DNA of 64,000 bases from a virus (IMGVR_UViG_3300005281_000001:30045-94044); one strand, 5' to 3'. Shown: positions 29,834 to 39,575, counted from the stretch's first letter. Notes: generated from the letters alone by a model not told the origin. Program-made: numbers and translations.

Positions 29834-30373
29834 ATGCTGACGATTCTCGGTATTGATCCCGGGACCGCGAACACCGGGTACGCGATTATTCAGGGCGACA
29901 CCCATACCGGAAAAGCGTCGCTCGGATCGTTCGGCGTCTGGCAGACAACGAAGGCCAGCGGGCTTACGGTGCGCGACCGCATTGACTCGCTGGCGGACCA
30001 GTACGCCGACCTGATAAGGATTTCCGGCGTTCAGATGGTGTCTGTGGAGGACTTCACAGAGCAGGGCCGGCGCGTCGGCAAGACCTACAAGGACATGGCG
30101 TGGTTGGTAGAAAACCTGCGAATCACTGGACGAACGCTGGGCGTACCCGTTTACATATACAAAAACGCGGAGTGGAAGCGGATCATCATGCATGCCGGAC
30201 AGGCGACGAAACGGCAGGTTCAGCATTTCGTATCGCACAACATTGCCGGCGCGGAACGTCTGAGAGGTTTCCCGGACCATGTATGGGATGCCGCGGCCAT
30301 TGGATACTGCCTATTTTGGCAGCGACATTTGGAGATAAAGTTGCTGTCCTCAGCACGAACTCAGAAGCCCTAG
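29834..30373 (+). CDS. ruvC: RuvC-like Holliday junction resolvase
   Basis: ILGIDPGTANTGYAII, VSVED, ATKRQV, DHVWDAAAIG. Confidence 0.88.
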   Translation: MLTILGIDPGTANTGYAIIQGDTHTGKASLGSFGVWQTTKASGLTVRDRIDSLADQYADLIRISGVQMVSVEDFTEQGRRVGKTYKDMAWLVENLRITGRTLGVPVYIYKNAEWKRIIMHAGQATKRQVQHFVSHNIAGAERLRGFPDHVWDAAAIGYCLFWQRHLEIKLLSSARTQKP

Positions 30374-30400
30374 AATTCTGGTATAGTGCCTGTGTATGCT
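30371..30400 (+). promoter_or_regulatory. Phage promoter copy 2 (18-bp spacer)
   Basis: TAGAAT-tctggtatagtgcctgtg-TATGCT. Confidence 0.6.
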
Positions 30401-30430
30401 ATGGGTATCAAAGATAAGGAGGAAACAGCC

Positions 30431-31072
30431 GTGTGGGATATCAAACACTATGCACCTACTCTACCGGAAATCGTATTTGAGCGCGTCCGCAAGGACGCCG
30501 TTCTTCCGAAGTACGCTGATGAGCACGCATCGGGCATGGATGTGTACGCTGCGGAGTCGGTTATCCTGCTTCCGCAGGAACAGGCCATTATTCCGATCGG
30601 AGTAAAAATGCATCTTCCGAAGCATCCATATCATGATCTCGGCTACCGGTGGGGTGTAACGGTCCGCCCGCGGTCGGGCCTGTCGAGCCGCACGTCGCTG
30701 GTGGTTGCACTAGGCACAGTGGACAACAACTACCGGCATGAGGTCGGCGTAATCGTTAAAAACGATGCGCAGATCGATTACGCCGTCATCCACGACACAG
30801 ACGACAACGGCGTTCCGTACAACATCGAACTGTACGACGTGCCTGATCGCGTGTTCGATCTGGAAGGAAAAGCCGTCCCGCTGGAGGAAGTCGCTCAGAT
30901 AGCGAATCCCTTACAGGCATTGGTAAAGGGATCACTGCTCATTCGAAAGGGAGACCGGATCGCGCAGCTCGTTGTGGAGCAGGTTGTCCGCCCGCTGGCG
31001 ATTCGTGAGGGGAAAGTCTCGGACGAGGATGCCCGCGGCGGCGGATTCGGACATACGGGGGTGCGAGGGTAA
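30431..31072 (+). CDS. dut: Trimeric dUTPase with an internal insertion
   Basis: ASGMDV, RPRSGLS, GTVDNNYR, KGDRIAQL, RGGGFGHTG. Confidence 0.93.
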   Translation: MWDIKHYAPTLPEIVFERVRKDAVLPKYADEHASGMDVYAAESVILLPQEQAIIPIGVKMHLPKHPYHDLGYRWGVTVRPRSGLSSRTSLVVALGTVDNNYRHEVGVIVKNDAQIDYAVIHDTDDNGVPYNIELYDVPDRVFDLEGKAVPLEEVAQIANPLQALVKGSLLIRKGDRIAQLVVEQVVRPLAIREGKVSDEDARGGGFGHTGVRG

Positions 31073-31515
31073 TGACGACAGAAACAGCTACCAGCCAGCA
31101 GCTTTATTTCATCCGCATGCAGGCATCTTCCGAAGGTGACGTGCGGATCGTAAAGGAGCTTACGGCGTACACCGTCGAGAAAGTGACGGACAAAAGCTAT
31201 GTCATCCGGCGCGTCGTGCCAGACCCGCTGATGAACATCGGAAAGCGGCCGCGTAGCCTCGACCGGCGCCTTGTCGGCGAGAACTTCCCGGTTATCCGCC
31301 ATAGGATCACGGTCGATCCTGATACGCTGTGTCTTACGATATCCGCGGAGACGTGGACGTTTGGCAACATCGACGAGCATGTGCAGGAGCTTGAGCACCA
31401 TATCGCTTCCGTTCTGCGCCGGATGACGGCTGAGGCGGAGACGGTCATCGACGAGGTCGAATACCGGCAGGACGCGCAAACCAGAAGTGACCGCGTATTC
31501 AAGTTGACCAGCTAA
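31072..31515 (+). CDS. Hypothetical protein
   Basis: Start overlaps the dut stop; hairpin terminator at about 31523-31543. Confidence 0.6.
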   Translation: MTTETATSQQLYFIRMQASSEGDVRIVKELTAYTVEKVTDKSYVIRRVVPDPLMNIGKRPRSLDRRLVGENFPVIRHRITVDPDTLCLTISAETWTFGNIDEHVQELEHHIASVLRRMTAEAETVIDEVEYRQDAQTRSDRVFKLTS

Positions 31516-31540
31516 ACGATACGGGCGCGAAAGCGCCTGT

Positions 31541-31603
31541 TTTGTTTAAAGTTGTCTAAAGTTGTCCAAAGTTGTTGACATTGCGGCAGCACTGTCCTAA
31601 ACT
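31541..31603 (+). promoter_or_regulatory. sigmaA promoter with four 10-bp repeats
   Basis: TTTGTTTAAA GTTGTCTAAA GTTGTCCAAA GTTG-TTGACA-17 bp-TAAACT. Confidence 0.85.
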
Positions 31604-31622
31604 GGTAATGTACTAAAAACCT

Positions 31623-33239
31623 ATGAAGGAGCTGAAAACCGTGTTAGTTGCGGCCATGAACGCGTATCAGGTCGCCAAGCGCAGGCATAAGGAGAACGTC
31701 AAGAACCAGCACACCGCGGCGAAGGGCGCGAACGGCGAGAAGACGTACTTCCGGGCTTCCGAGCTGGGCAACGGCGACCGCAAGATCGTTTACTCTTTCT
31801 TCGCACACCAACTTCCGAAGGTGGAAAAGAGCGCGAAGAATTTGCGGCAGCTCGAAAATGGCGACTACGTACACGAGCGGTATCAAAAGGCATGGGAGGA
31901 AATGGGCGTCCTGCTGTCTAAAGAGCAGCGTGTGTCGTCCCGGGATGACGAATGGCTGTCGCAGTTTCCGTGGGAGTGGGCAGGACACTACGACGGCGAG
32001 CTCGACCTGAACATCCTCCGCGCGTTTGCGCTGGGCAAGGCGCATGTGGATTCGGTCTTTAACGAGGAAGCAAACGAATGGGAAATCGTCGTGGACATCG
32101 ACGATGATTACGCAACCGAGATCGGCCTGTTCCTGCAGGATCAGCCCGGCGTACTCAATCCCGACTATCAGCCGTTGCGTATGGTCGCAGACATCAAGAC
32201 GATTAATCCGTGGGGCTTCAAAGCGATCAAAGAGAACCGGGATGTAAGCGGCGTGACTGGATACATCGACCAGATCATGGGCTACATGTGGATGCTGAAG
32301 ACGCCGTATGGGTCCATCTTCTTCGAGTCGAAGGACAACAACGATGTTGTCGAGGTTCAGATTCTGTGGGAAGACTTCTACGAAGGCGTGACACTCGACT
32401 TCACGGAAGATGTTCACGGGCCGCAGGGACCGGATGTTGTGCGTATCCGCGTCAACTGGGCGCGCATGCTGGGCGACGATACGCAAGAAGGCATTGTGCC
32501 GCGGCTTTCTCGCCTGCACGAGATCACGGAAGCACTGAAGCAGGCGGACGCTGCCGGCGACATGGAGGCGATTGCACAACTGATGCCGCCGCGGTGCGCA
32601 GACGATCCGAAGAAATTTCCGTGCTCGTGGGGCCACAAGTCCGGTGAGGTTCAATATTGCGAATACTATGATCACTGCTGGAACGCGGAGCATAACGGTC
32701 TGGCCGTGCGGGAGAAGCCGGCGGTTGAGCCGATCCCGCCGGAAGCAATCTGGACCTTCACGGACGGCGATACCGGCGCCGAAATCCTTATCGACAGCCG
32801 GAAAGTTCCGCAGGGATTGACCTACGACACGTTCCTGCAACTGGTGCAGATGGGCGCGCTGAATTACGAGCAGTTCGTGATTGATCCGCAAGTTGCTGAG
32901 CAGGCCGTCGCAGCGGCATCTTCCGAAGCTGTTCAGCAGATGACGCCTTCGCAACAGATGACGGCCGCGACGCTGTCGCAGCAAATGCAGGAGGCGGCCG
33001 AGCGGGCCATGAAAGGCGCAAAAGACCTATTCATGCATGATGGGACGCTGAAGGTCGAAGGTTTTGGCGGCGTCGGCCAGCCGCCGGCGGAAGCTCAGGA
33101 GTACATCGACGACGCAAGCGGAGACAAGGCCATCAATTGCACGAACTGCGGCGCGAAGAACACGTACAAGCGGCTGGGCAACGGCAACACGAAAAAGTGC
33201 AGCACGTGCGGCCATATCAACCGCGTAACGCGACTGTAA
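31623..33239 (+). CDS. Cas4/RecB-like PD-(D/E)XK exonuclease with C-terminal Zn ribbon
   Basis: FRASELG, G..VHE, GHYDG, ADIKT, Q...Y, C..W...CEYYDHC; CTNC/CSTC. Confidence 0.75.
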   Translation: MKELKTVLVAAMNAYQVAKRRHKENVKNQHTAAKGANGEKTYFRASELGNGDRKIVYSFFAHQLPKVEKSAKNLRQLENGDYVHERYQKAWEEMGVLLSKEQRVSSRDDEWLSQFPWEWAGHYDGELDLNILRAFALGKAHVDSVFNEEANEWEIVVDIDDDYATEIGLFLQDQPGVLNPDYQPLRMVADIKTINPWGFKAIKENRDVSGVTGYIDQIMGYMWMLKTPYGSIFFESKDNNDVVEVQILWEDFYEGVTLDFTEDVHGPQGPDVVRIRVNWARMLGDDTQEGIVPRLSRLHEITEALKQADAAGDMEAIAQLMPPRCADDPKKFPCSWGHKSGEVQYCEYYDHCWNAEHNGLAVREKPAVEPIPPEAIWTFTDGDTGAEILIDSRKVPQGLTYDTFLQLVQMGALNYEQFVIDPQVAEQAVAAASSEAVQQMTPSQQMTAATLSQQMQEAAERAMKGAKDLFMHDGTLKVEGFGGVGQPPAEAQEYIDDASGDKAINCTNCGAKNTYKRLGNGNTKKCSTCGHINRVTRL

Positions 33240-33300
33240 GATGTATGGGAGGACTTCCGAAGTGAAGTCCTCTCTTATTCCACACAGGGAGGAATTACGG

Positions 33301-33585
33301 ATGAAGCAGGTAACGGGAATCCGCGTGACCGCGTACACGAACGCAAATGAGCTGCTGAGTGCTCGAGATGGAAAGGGCAGCGTCCTGATTGCTTACACAA
33401 GCCGGTCTCTCGACAATCCGATTGAAATCAGCGCGGTTTTGGAGGCTTGCGACTTTGTCGGCGGCGAAATCCGAATCAACATTGCGAAAGCCAATATGGA
33501 GCTCGCAGAAGCGGCGCAGATGATGGGCGAGCAGTTCGGGAAAGCCATCGAGGCTAGCATTGGCAGCATCATGGCGAAAAGCTGA
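33301..33585 (+). CDS. Hypothetical protein
   Basis: GGAGG RBS before ATG 33301. Confidence 0.6.
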   Translation: MKQVTGIRVTAYTNANELLSARDGKGSVLIAYTSRSLDNPIEISAVLEACDFVGGEIRINIAKANMELAEAAQMMGEQFGKAIEASIGSIMAKS

Positions 33586-33601
33586 GTCGGAGGTCTGATC
33601 C

Positions 33602-34918
33602 ATGCGTGAACTGATGGAGCGCTATGGCTGGGACGAACCGTTCCTGCCGATGAACGTAAAAAATTCCGGCGAGAAGCTGGAGAAGCTGTTCAAGGACGAC
33701 AACTATGTGGCGGAGCTGAAGCGCGACGGCAGCCGGTACGTATGTATTGATGGGCGGTTCTTCAGCCGGAAGCTGTCGGAGAACAAGAAGCAGCCGGAGA
33801 CCTACGGCATGCCTGTCGAGAAGACCGACAACATCCCGCATCTGGCGGAGTTCTTTTCCCAGTTCGGTCCCGGCGGGATCATCGTGGATGGAGAGATTTA
33901 CTACCCGGGCAGAAAGAGCAACACCGTAACCGGCATCATGGGCTGCGATCCATGGAAGGCCTGCATGCGGCAGGGATTCGGGGAGTTCTTGGATAATAAT
34001 GATCCAGTGGACTGGAGCGTCATGTGGGCGCAGTACGATTCCAACGGCGGCGTAGCCTTCGCGTTTGACGCCCTCATGCAGTCCGAAAAGCTTCGCTGGC
34101 GGCCGGGCGATACGGAAGATTGGCGGCTTGTATCCAAACTCGACAAAGACTTCTGGGATTACATCCATCTCGGACCGATCCGCTATATGATCTTCGACAT
34201 CCTGCACTTGAATGGTACGTCGTATCTGGAGGCGACATGGGAAGAACGCCGGGATGTGTTGGATAATTGGTTCGAAAAGTACGTGCAGGGCACGGAATGG
34301 GAGAAGTACATCACGATCTCGGTGCCCTATGAGACGGAAAACGGGAAGCGTGCGCTGATGAAGTGGGCAGAGGCTAACCGGGAAGAAGGTCTCGTGTTTA
34401 AGAACCGCACATCCCTGTACGTTCCCGGAAAGCGGCCGGAACACCACTGGTATCGGATCAAGGGGAAGATATACGCTGATGTCGTAGTGATGGGTGTCGA
34501 GCCGCCGGAGGCCGAGCACAAGGGCAAACCGTCCGAGCTAGGGAAATGGCCGTATTGGGAAAGCGTTGACGGTAAATTCGAACTTAATCCGGCAGAGCAT
34601 GGCGGCGTAAATGCGCTGGTCGGCGCCGGATACCGGCCTATCAGCAGGTACCACTATTACGGCTGGATCGGTTCGGTGGTGTTTGGGCTGTATAAAGGCG
34701 GCGAGCTCGTAAAAGCCGGCACGTGCTCTGGCATGGACGACGAGACACGGGCGCTGTTTACGGAGCGCTGGCAGGAGTTCGTCGAAAATCAAACGGTTAT
34801 CGAGATCAGTGCCATGGAGCGCACGCATAAGGGCATGTTCCGCCACCCGCAGTTCGAGCGGTTCCGGGACGACAAGAGCGCTGCGGACTGTCTGTGGGAG
34901 GTTGAAATGGGTGAATAA
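33602..34918 (+). CDS. lig: ATP-dependent DNA ligase
   Basis: ELKRDG, VDGEI, IFDIL, EGLVFK, RIK...DVVVMG, RHPQFERFRDDK. Confidence 0.93.
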   Translation: MRELMERYGWDEPFLPMNVKNSGEKLEKLFKDDNYVAELKRDGSRYVCIDGRFFSRKLSENKKQPETYGMPVEKTDNIPHLAEFFSQFGPGGIIVDGEIYYPGRKSNTVTGIMGCDPWKACMRQGFGEFLDNNDPVDWSVMWAQYDSNGGVAFAFDALMQSEKLRWRPGDTEDWRLVSKLDKDFWDYIHLGPIRYMIFDILHLNGTSYLEATWEERRDVLDNWFEKYVQGTEWEKYITISVPYETENGKRALMKWAEANREEGLVFKNRTSLYVPGKRPEHHWYRIKGKIYADVVVMGVEPPEAEHKGKPSELGKWPYWESVDGKFELNPAEHGGVNALVGAGYRPISRYHYYGWIGSVVFGLYKGGELVKAGTCSGMDDETRALFTERWQEFVENQTVIEISAMERTHKGMFRHPQFERFRDDKSAADCLWEVEMGE

Positions 34919-35216
34919 CCACGGCAGACGTGCGCCGGAGTGCTCGGGCAAGACGGTCATCGGCGTCAGCGCATTCAGCAATATTGCACACCAGCCGGGG
35001 TATGAGGCGTTTAAGGCTCTCGGCCAGCTTAACGATTACGTGTATCAGGCGCTGGTCCATACAAGCAACGCGAAGTGGCAGCTATCATGGGCAAGCAAGG
35101 TGCTGGATGGTACGAGGCGTGTTCCTGACGACGTGAAGGAACGCCTGCTGAAGATTACTTCCGAGCTCACCGAGCTTCAGGTAGAGCTTCGGAAGTACAA
35201 GAAGTACGGGAGGTAA
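34911..35216 (+). CDS. Hypothetical protein
   Basis: GGAGG RBS, GTG start overlapping the end of the ligase gene. Confidence 0.5.
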   Translation: MNNHGRRAPECSGKTVIGVSAFSNIAHQPGYEAFKALGQLNDYVYQALVHTSNAKWQLSWASKVLDGTRRVPDDVKERLLKITSELTELQVELRKYKKYGR

Positions 35217-35221
35217 GCGCG

Positions 35222-35566
35222 GTGGGCAAGGTGGTGGACTTCTTCAGTCGGAAGGTCATGGGCGAGTCCGTTCGCGCTGATATGGAGGGTGCGGACGATC
35301 TGGCGGCGCTTATTCAGGCGAAGGGCCGGTACGTCGGCGTGCTGCCGGAGAACGAGGCGGCTGTCATGCGCCGAGTGCTCCATAACATGCGCAGCAAGCG
35401 GAAGCAGATCGAAGCGCTGATTGACGAATACCAGCGCATGCTCGAGCACTACTTCCACATGCAGATTCGGGCCGGCGAAATCCTCGGCGTGAAAGACGAG
35501 CCCTTCGAGAAAAATGAATTGGTGGTCGATAAAAACGGCCATTGCTGGATTGTTCCGATCGAATAA
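35222..35566 (+). CDS. Hypothetical protein
   Basis: GGAGG RBS. Confidence 0.6.
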   Translation: MGKVVDFFSRKVMGESVRADMEGADDLAALIQAKGRYVGVLPENEAAVMRRVLHNMRSKRKQIEALIDEYQRMLEHYFHMQIRAGEILGVKDEPFEKNELVVDKNGHCWIVPIE

Positions 35567-35601
35567 TATCACTAGCGACTTCTGGGAGGTAGTAATTTCA
35601 G

Positions 35602-35889
35602 ATGAAAAACGTTCAGAATGCGTGCGAAAAGCACGAAAATGAGGCCCGTGGAGGCTGCCCGTACTGCGCGACCGACCGGCTAAAGGAGGATATCACGAAG
35701 CTTACGGTGGCGTTCGAGAGCGCGTATCTGATGCTCCGCAGTCGGCTGCCGCAGGCGGATGAGATTGATAAGGTCTTCAGTCTGTGTCTGCCGGAGCTGA
35801 GCACAGGAAAGCTTTCGCTGCCGCAGCCGCTGCCTTCCGAAGACTCGGTTTATGGGATGGACTGCCGGAACGGGCGGTGTGAGTTCTGA
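35602..35889 (+). CDS. Hypothetical Cys-containing protein
   Basis: GGAGG RBS; CPYC; terminal C..GRCEF. Confidence 0.6.
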   Translation: MKNVQNACEKHENEARGGCPYCATDRLKEDITKLTVAFESAYLMLRSRLPQADEIDKVFSLCLPELSTGKLSLPQPLPSEDSVYGMDCRNGRCEF

Positions 35890-36176
35890 TGCGCAGCGTG
35901 GTCAGGGCCTTCGCCCTTGCGGTGTACTGCTTCGTTTACGGCACCGTGCAGATCATCTACATGGTGAAAATCTTAAGCGGTGCGTCAATCTCGCTGACGA
36001 TCTTCGGTGTGATGCTTGGCGTATTCTCCGGCGCCGGGCTGTACGTCGTCGGCACGCAGTTCTGGCGTGAGGCCAAAGAACTGCACCGGACCTACAAGGA
36101 GCACGTCAATGCGGCGGTGCCAATCAGCAGCGACTGGCTGCGCTTTAACCGCGACAGGGCCGAAGATGAAGCATAA
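35889..36176 (+). CDS. Hypothetical membrane protein
   Basis: Two hydrophobic helices; start overlaps the previous stop. Confidence 0.6.
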   Translation: MRSVVRAFALAVYCFVYGTVQIIYMVKILSGASISLTIFGVMLGVFSGAGLYVVGTQFWREAKELHRTYKEHVNAAVPISSDWLRFNRDRAEDEA

Positions 36177-36255
36177 CCCTATCCCCTGCCCCATAGGATA
36201 ATAGCGTCATGGCGTCATGACATCGAGGATCATTATCCGAGTGGAGGCGAGAGGG

Positions 36256-36519
36256 ATGAGGCAGGAGAGACGGCCGCGGATTGACCGGAAGCACAGATTC
36301 CCGCTTAGAATTGACGAGGTTGCACACAACGAGGCGGATGCGCTGGCGTTCCGGCATAACGTGTCCATGAATGTGCTCTACTGTGAAGCTATTCTGTGGG
36401 CGCTGGCGAGCGACGAATTTCGTCGGCACTTGCAGGAGAGGTTCCCCCGGGATACCCGCCGGGGGTATTTCACGTACAACGTCGACATGACAACGGCGCG
36501 GATCGGAAGGCAGGTGTAG
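36256..36519 (+). CDS. Putative ribbon-helix-helix DNA-binding protein
   Basis: KHRFPLRIDEVAHNEADALAFRHNVSMNV (Arc/HicB-like pattern). Confidence 0.6.
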   Translation: MRQERRPRIDRKHRFPLRIDEVAHNEADALAFRHNVSMNVLYCEAILWALASDEFRRHLQERFPRDTRRGYFTYNVDMTTARIGRQV

Positions 36520-36522
36520 CCG

Positions 36523-36846
36523 GTGGGGTTCTTTGATCGCGTTGCGGACATCCTGTTCCGCGAGCGCCGGGACACTTCGATCGTCGTCACGCTGCCGACC
36601 GCCTTGGTTAAGGCCGTGGATACATTGGTGTACATGCGGAACGGGCTTTCGGAAGACAGCAGCAGAGTCGACCGCGACGATATTATCGGGCTGGCGCTGT
36701 CCGAATACCTTCAGAAGCATCTGGTCGACCGGAACGAGGCGAAAATTAAGGCCATGCCGGCACCGTCATACACCAGCGGCCGCCGGCAGGCCCGATCCGC
36801 GTCGGCGTATGCCGACTATCAGACCTACTACAGGCAGCAGCAATAA
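36523..36846 (+). CDS. Putative CopG-like RHH protein
   Basis: SIVVTLPTALVKAVDTL...RDDIIGLALSEYL. Confidence 0.6.
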   Translation: MGFFDRVADILFRERRDTSIVVTLPTALVKAVDTLVYMRNGLSEDSSRVDRDDIIGLALSEYLQKHLVDRNEAKIKAMPAPSYTSGRRQARSASAYADYQTYYRQQQ

Positions 36847-36875
36847 AGCCGCCCTCTCGGGCGGCCTTTCTTTTT
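36845..36875. terminator. Bidirectional terminator between convergent operons
   Basis: aaa-gccgccc-tctc-gggcggc-ctttctttt. Confidence 0.75.
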
Positions 36876-37179
36876 ATTCGAACCCTGCCAGCATGTTCCG
36901 AAGGATATCGTCATCCGCTTCAACCGCCGGCTCAGGGGGCTTGTATTCGACAGCCGGCTCCAGCGGAGGCGGCGCGGGCGCCGCAGCAGGCGCAGCGGTC
37001 GCAGGAACCGCGACGATCTTCGGAAGCTCCGATGCCCGGACGTACTCGCCGCGCTCGACGGCCAGACCGAGCAGGTAGAGCTCTCGGATGCGGGCGGACT
37101 GATTCTTATATCTGCTCAAGTCCTCCATGATCTCGGGGTGCTTCTTCCCCGGCCGGAAGGCGACGAAGTTCCGGGCCAT
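36874..37179 (-). CDS. ParR-like partition adaptor
   Basis: Immediately downstream of parM; RHH-like FVAFR...SARIRELYLLGL, flexible linker, C-terminal amphipathic helix DDILRNMLAGFE. Confidence 0.7.
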   Translation of the reverse strand: MARNFVAFRPGKKHPEIMEDLSRYKNQSARIRELYLLGLAVERGEYVRASELPKIVAVPATAAPAAAPAPPPLEPAVEYKPPEPAVEADDDILRNMLAGFE

Positions 37180-37182
37180 GCG

Positions 37183-38268
37183 TCACGCCCCCATAAGCAG
37201 CATGCCGTACTTCCGGTAACCGCTGGCGTTGCTATATTCCGCGTGCGACAACTGGATGACTGGGACAGAGGTGATGGACTGGATATACGGTGTATAGAGC
37301 GCTGCACCGCCGCCGGCAACCAGAATGGCCGAGAACCGCCGCAGATCGTCCACATACACGGACAGCTCGTCGCGGATGGCCGGGAAATGGGTCTCCAGCG
37401 CCTTCGTGCGCAGGTGCGTCACATCTTCCTGCGTCCCGCCGATATTCAGGATTCCGGTCCGCATGACCGCGTCCACTTCTGAAGGAGCCAGAACAAAACC
37501 ACGATAATGCCGGGCAATGAGCTTACGAAGCTCGTTGTGGACCTTCCATATCCCCTGACGGATCGTAAAGCTGTCCTGACTGTACTTCGATTTCTCCATG
37601 ATGCATCCGTCCGTCGTCTTCCCGCCGATATCGAACACCAGCACCGTCTCCCGCAGCAGTGGGCTGTCTGTGAGCTTTCCATCGTCCGTCAGGCCATAAT
37701 CGTAGAACGCGCCGGCCGCCTGCGGGATGACCGCGACCTTCTTTACGGAAATCTGCATTTGCTGGCTTCCGAAGCCGAACTGGAAGTCGCCGGTCAGCGC
37801 TTGCTGGAGCGCACCGCGGTATTGGCTGTACTCGTCGACTGGAAGACCCGATACGAGCAGGTCGATGATGGAAGAACCGGTCTGCTGCCGGAACAGCGCC
37901 AGTGCAGTATAGAGCTTCGGAAGGTCGGAGTCCCGCGTCAGGCGTTCCGAAGTGAAGTCATAGCTGCCTTTGCTGCCGACGTTCCACGTGCCATGCTCGT
38001 CCACGATGACGTACCCTTCGGCATCCTCCAGTCCTTCCGTTGCGACTTCCGAACGACGCTTGACCAGACTTCCGAACTTGCAGGTATTGCCGGGGTCGAC
38101 CATGATGCCGGCGTCGCTGTACTGCGGCCGCCGCGTGCCCCAGACGAACTTTGTCTGTACGAATCCGAGGTCAAGCCCGGTCACCCGCTTCGGATGCGCG
38201 GGCGGAGCCGGCGGTATGGCAGAAAATGTGCGGCTTCCGATGGTCGCCTTTACGGTCATCTTCAGCAT
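37183..38268 (-). CDS. parM: ParM/StbA-family actin-like ATPase
   Basis: GLDLGF..TK, LVSGLP, VIPQAAGA, VFDIGGKTTD, LVAGGGA, SNASGY. Confidence 0.9.
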   Translation of the reverse strand: MLKMTVKATIGSRTFSAIPPAPPAHPKRVTGLDLGFVQTKFVWGTRRPQYSDAGIMVDPGNTCKFGSLVKRRSEVATEGLEDAEGYVIVDEHGTWNVGSKGSYDFTSERLTRDSDLPKLYTALALFRQQTGSSIIDLLVSGLPVDEYSQYRGALQQALTGDFQFGFGSQQMQISVKKVAVIPQAAGAFYDYGLTDDGKLTDSPLLRETVLVFDIGGKTTDGCIMEKSKYSQDSFTIRQGIWKVHNELRKLIARHYRGFVLAPSEVDAVMRTGILNIGGTQEDVTHLRTKALETHFPAIRDELSVYVDDLRRFSAILVAGGGAALYTPYIQSITSVPVIQLSHAEYSNASGYRKYGMLLMGA

Positions 38269-38358
38269 TCCCCTTTCCGAGATTTGTTAAACATCCTATG
38301 CGCATATTCTCGCACATATGCGGGAATTAGAAAATCTGAGCGTTAAACGTAAATTTCG

Positions 38359-38459
38359 CACTTCGGAAGCGCGCTAGAATTTTGCAAAACGCCTGTGTAT
38401 GGTGAACATGAGGGAGGAACACTCCTGCCTCCAATCACAAAAGGAGCTGGTATATCATG
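38359..38459 (+). promoter_or_regulatory. Phage promoter cassette copy 3
   Basis: CTTCGGAAG-CGCGC-TAGAAT-17-TATGGT, GGAGG...CCTCC hairpin, AAGGAGCTGGTA RBS; near-identical to 38765-38865. Confidence 0.85.
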
Positions 38460-38783
38460 CGGAATCAAAAGGTACTCGACCGGTGCACGAATATGCACGG
38501 AAAGCTCGGATCAGGGCTTGTGGATCGGATCAAGGATTACCTGAACGAGCCAACGATGGACAGATGGGATGACATCCACTCGATCATCATCGACGGTCGA
38601 TCGTTTAAGACGATCTGGAACGCAGTGCTGGAATACGACCCGACGTTCCCGTCGTCGGGCCGGGTGACGGACGCCAACGGCCGGATCATTCAGGAATGGG
38701 CGAGAATTCCAACGCCGTTTGAGCTCATGAAGGCGATCCAACTGGCAACGCGGCCGATCATTAACACTTCCGAAGCGCGCTAG
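38457..38783 (+). CDS. Hypothetical early protein
   Basis: Lies between two promoter cassettes. Confidence 0.7.
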   Translation: MRNQKVLDRCTNMHGKLGSGLVDRIKDYLNEPTMDRWDDIHSIIIDGRSFKTIWNAVLEYDPTFPSSGRVTDANGRIIQEWARIPTPFELMKAIQLATRPIINTSEAR

Positions 38784-38865
38784 AATTCTGCAAAACGCCT
38801 GTGTATGGTGAATCTGAGGGAGGAACACTCCTACCTCCAATCATAAAAAGGAGCTGGTATTTATG
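38765..38865 (+). promoter_or_regulatory. Phage promoter cassette copy 4
   Basis: About 100-bp near-identical direct repeat of copy 3. Confidence 0.85.
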
Positions 38866-39045
38866 GCGTTCGTAAAACTCGTAACAAACAAGAGCGGTGA
38901 GGTCATCGGTGAGATTTGGCAGGACATGCGGAAAGGTAAATACCTCGCACGGGCGATTTTCCCCGGACACAACCGCAGCGAGAGCGTCGGCAAGTTCGCA
39001 AGCTGGAAGGCTGCGGAGCGTGCCGTCAAGCAATACGTATACTGA
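38863..39045 (+). CDS. Hypothetical early protein
   Basis: Cassette RBS. Confidence 0.65.
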   Translation: MAFVKLVTNKSGEVIGEIWQDMRKGKYLARAIFPGHNRSESVGKFASWKAAERAVKQYVY

Positions 39046-39155
39046 GGGAAGCAGCGCTCCCTTCACCACCAAAACCAATACGACAAGGATCTGGAAACCG
39101 TCATGAAGAAAGTCAAAATCTAGAGACAGAAAGAGGAAAACACCAGACGGAGGTA

Positions 39156-39350
39156 ATGAAAGTGAAAATCCATGTATACGGAAAAAACAAGCCGATATTG
39201 AGAGGGTTTGACAAAGACGGGAATTACAAAGAGTTTAGAACAGCAAGTTATTCGGGGCATAGGATAGCAAAAAGTTTGATCGAAGCCCAGAAGTATATCC
39301 AAGATTACCTCAACAGAAATTGGGATGTTCAGATTGAAGTTGAAACATAA
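39156..39350 (+). CDS. Hypothetical protein in the low-GC insert
   Basis: GGAGG RBS; AT-rich codon use. Confidence 0.6.
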   Translation: MKVKIHVYGKNKPILRGFDKDGNYKEFRTASYSGHRIAKSLIEAQKYIQDYLNRNWDVQIEVET

Positions 39351-39430
39351 AAAGCCACCCGCGACCATGCAGAGTGACTTTTCGAGGAAGGATAGAGTGC
39401 AGACTATCCTTCCTCGGGAGGATAATTTCA

Positions 39431-39484
39431 ATGAGCGTTTACAAAATTGTTACCGACCGTATTATTGCGAAACTGAAGGAAGGC
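39431..39484 (+). pseudogene. N-terminal fragment of an ArdC-like ssDNA-binding antirestriction protein
   Basis: GGAGG RBS then MSVYKIVTDRIIAKLKEG, cut at the repeat boundary. Confidence 0.6.
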
Positions 39485-39575
39485 TGCGGAGCGTGCCGTC
39501 AAGCAATACGTATACTGAGGGAAGCAGCGCTCCCTTCACCACCAAAACCAATACGACAAGGAGCTGGAAACCGTC

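Noticed and set aside
25024-32984. Long minus-strand ORFs (e.g. 25024-26580, 27826-28902, 31644-32984)
   Set aside because: Antisense shadows of well-supported plus-strand genes in GC-rich DNA, with no RBS or motifs.
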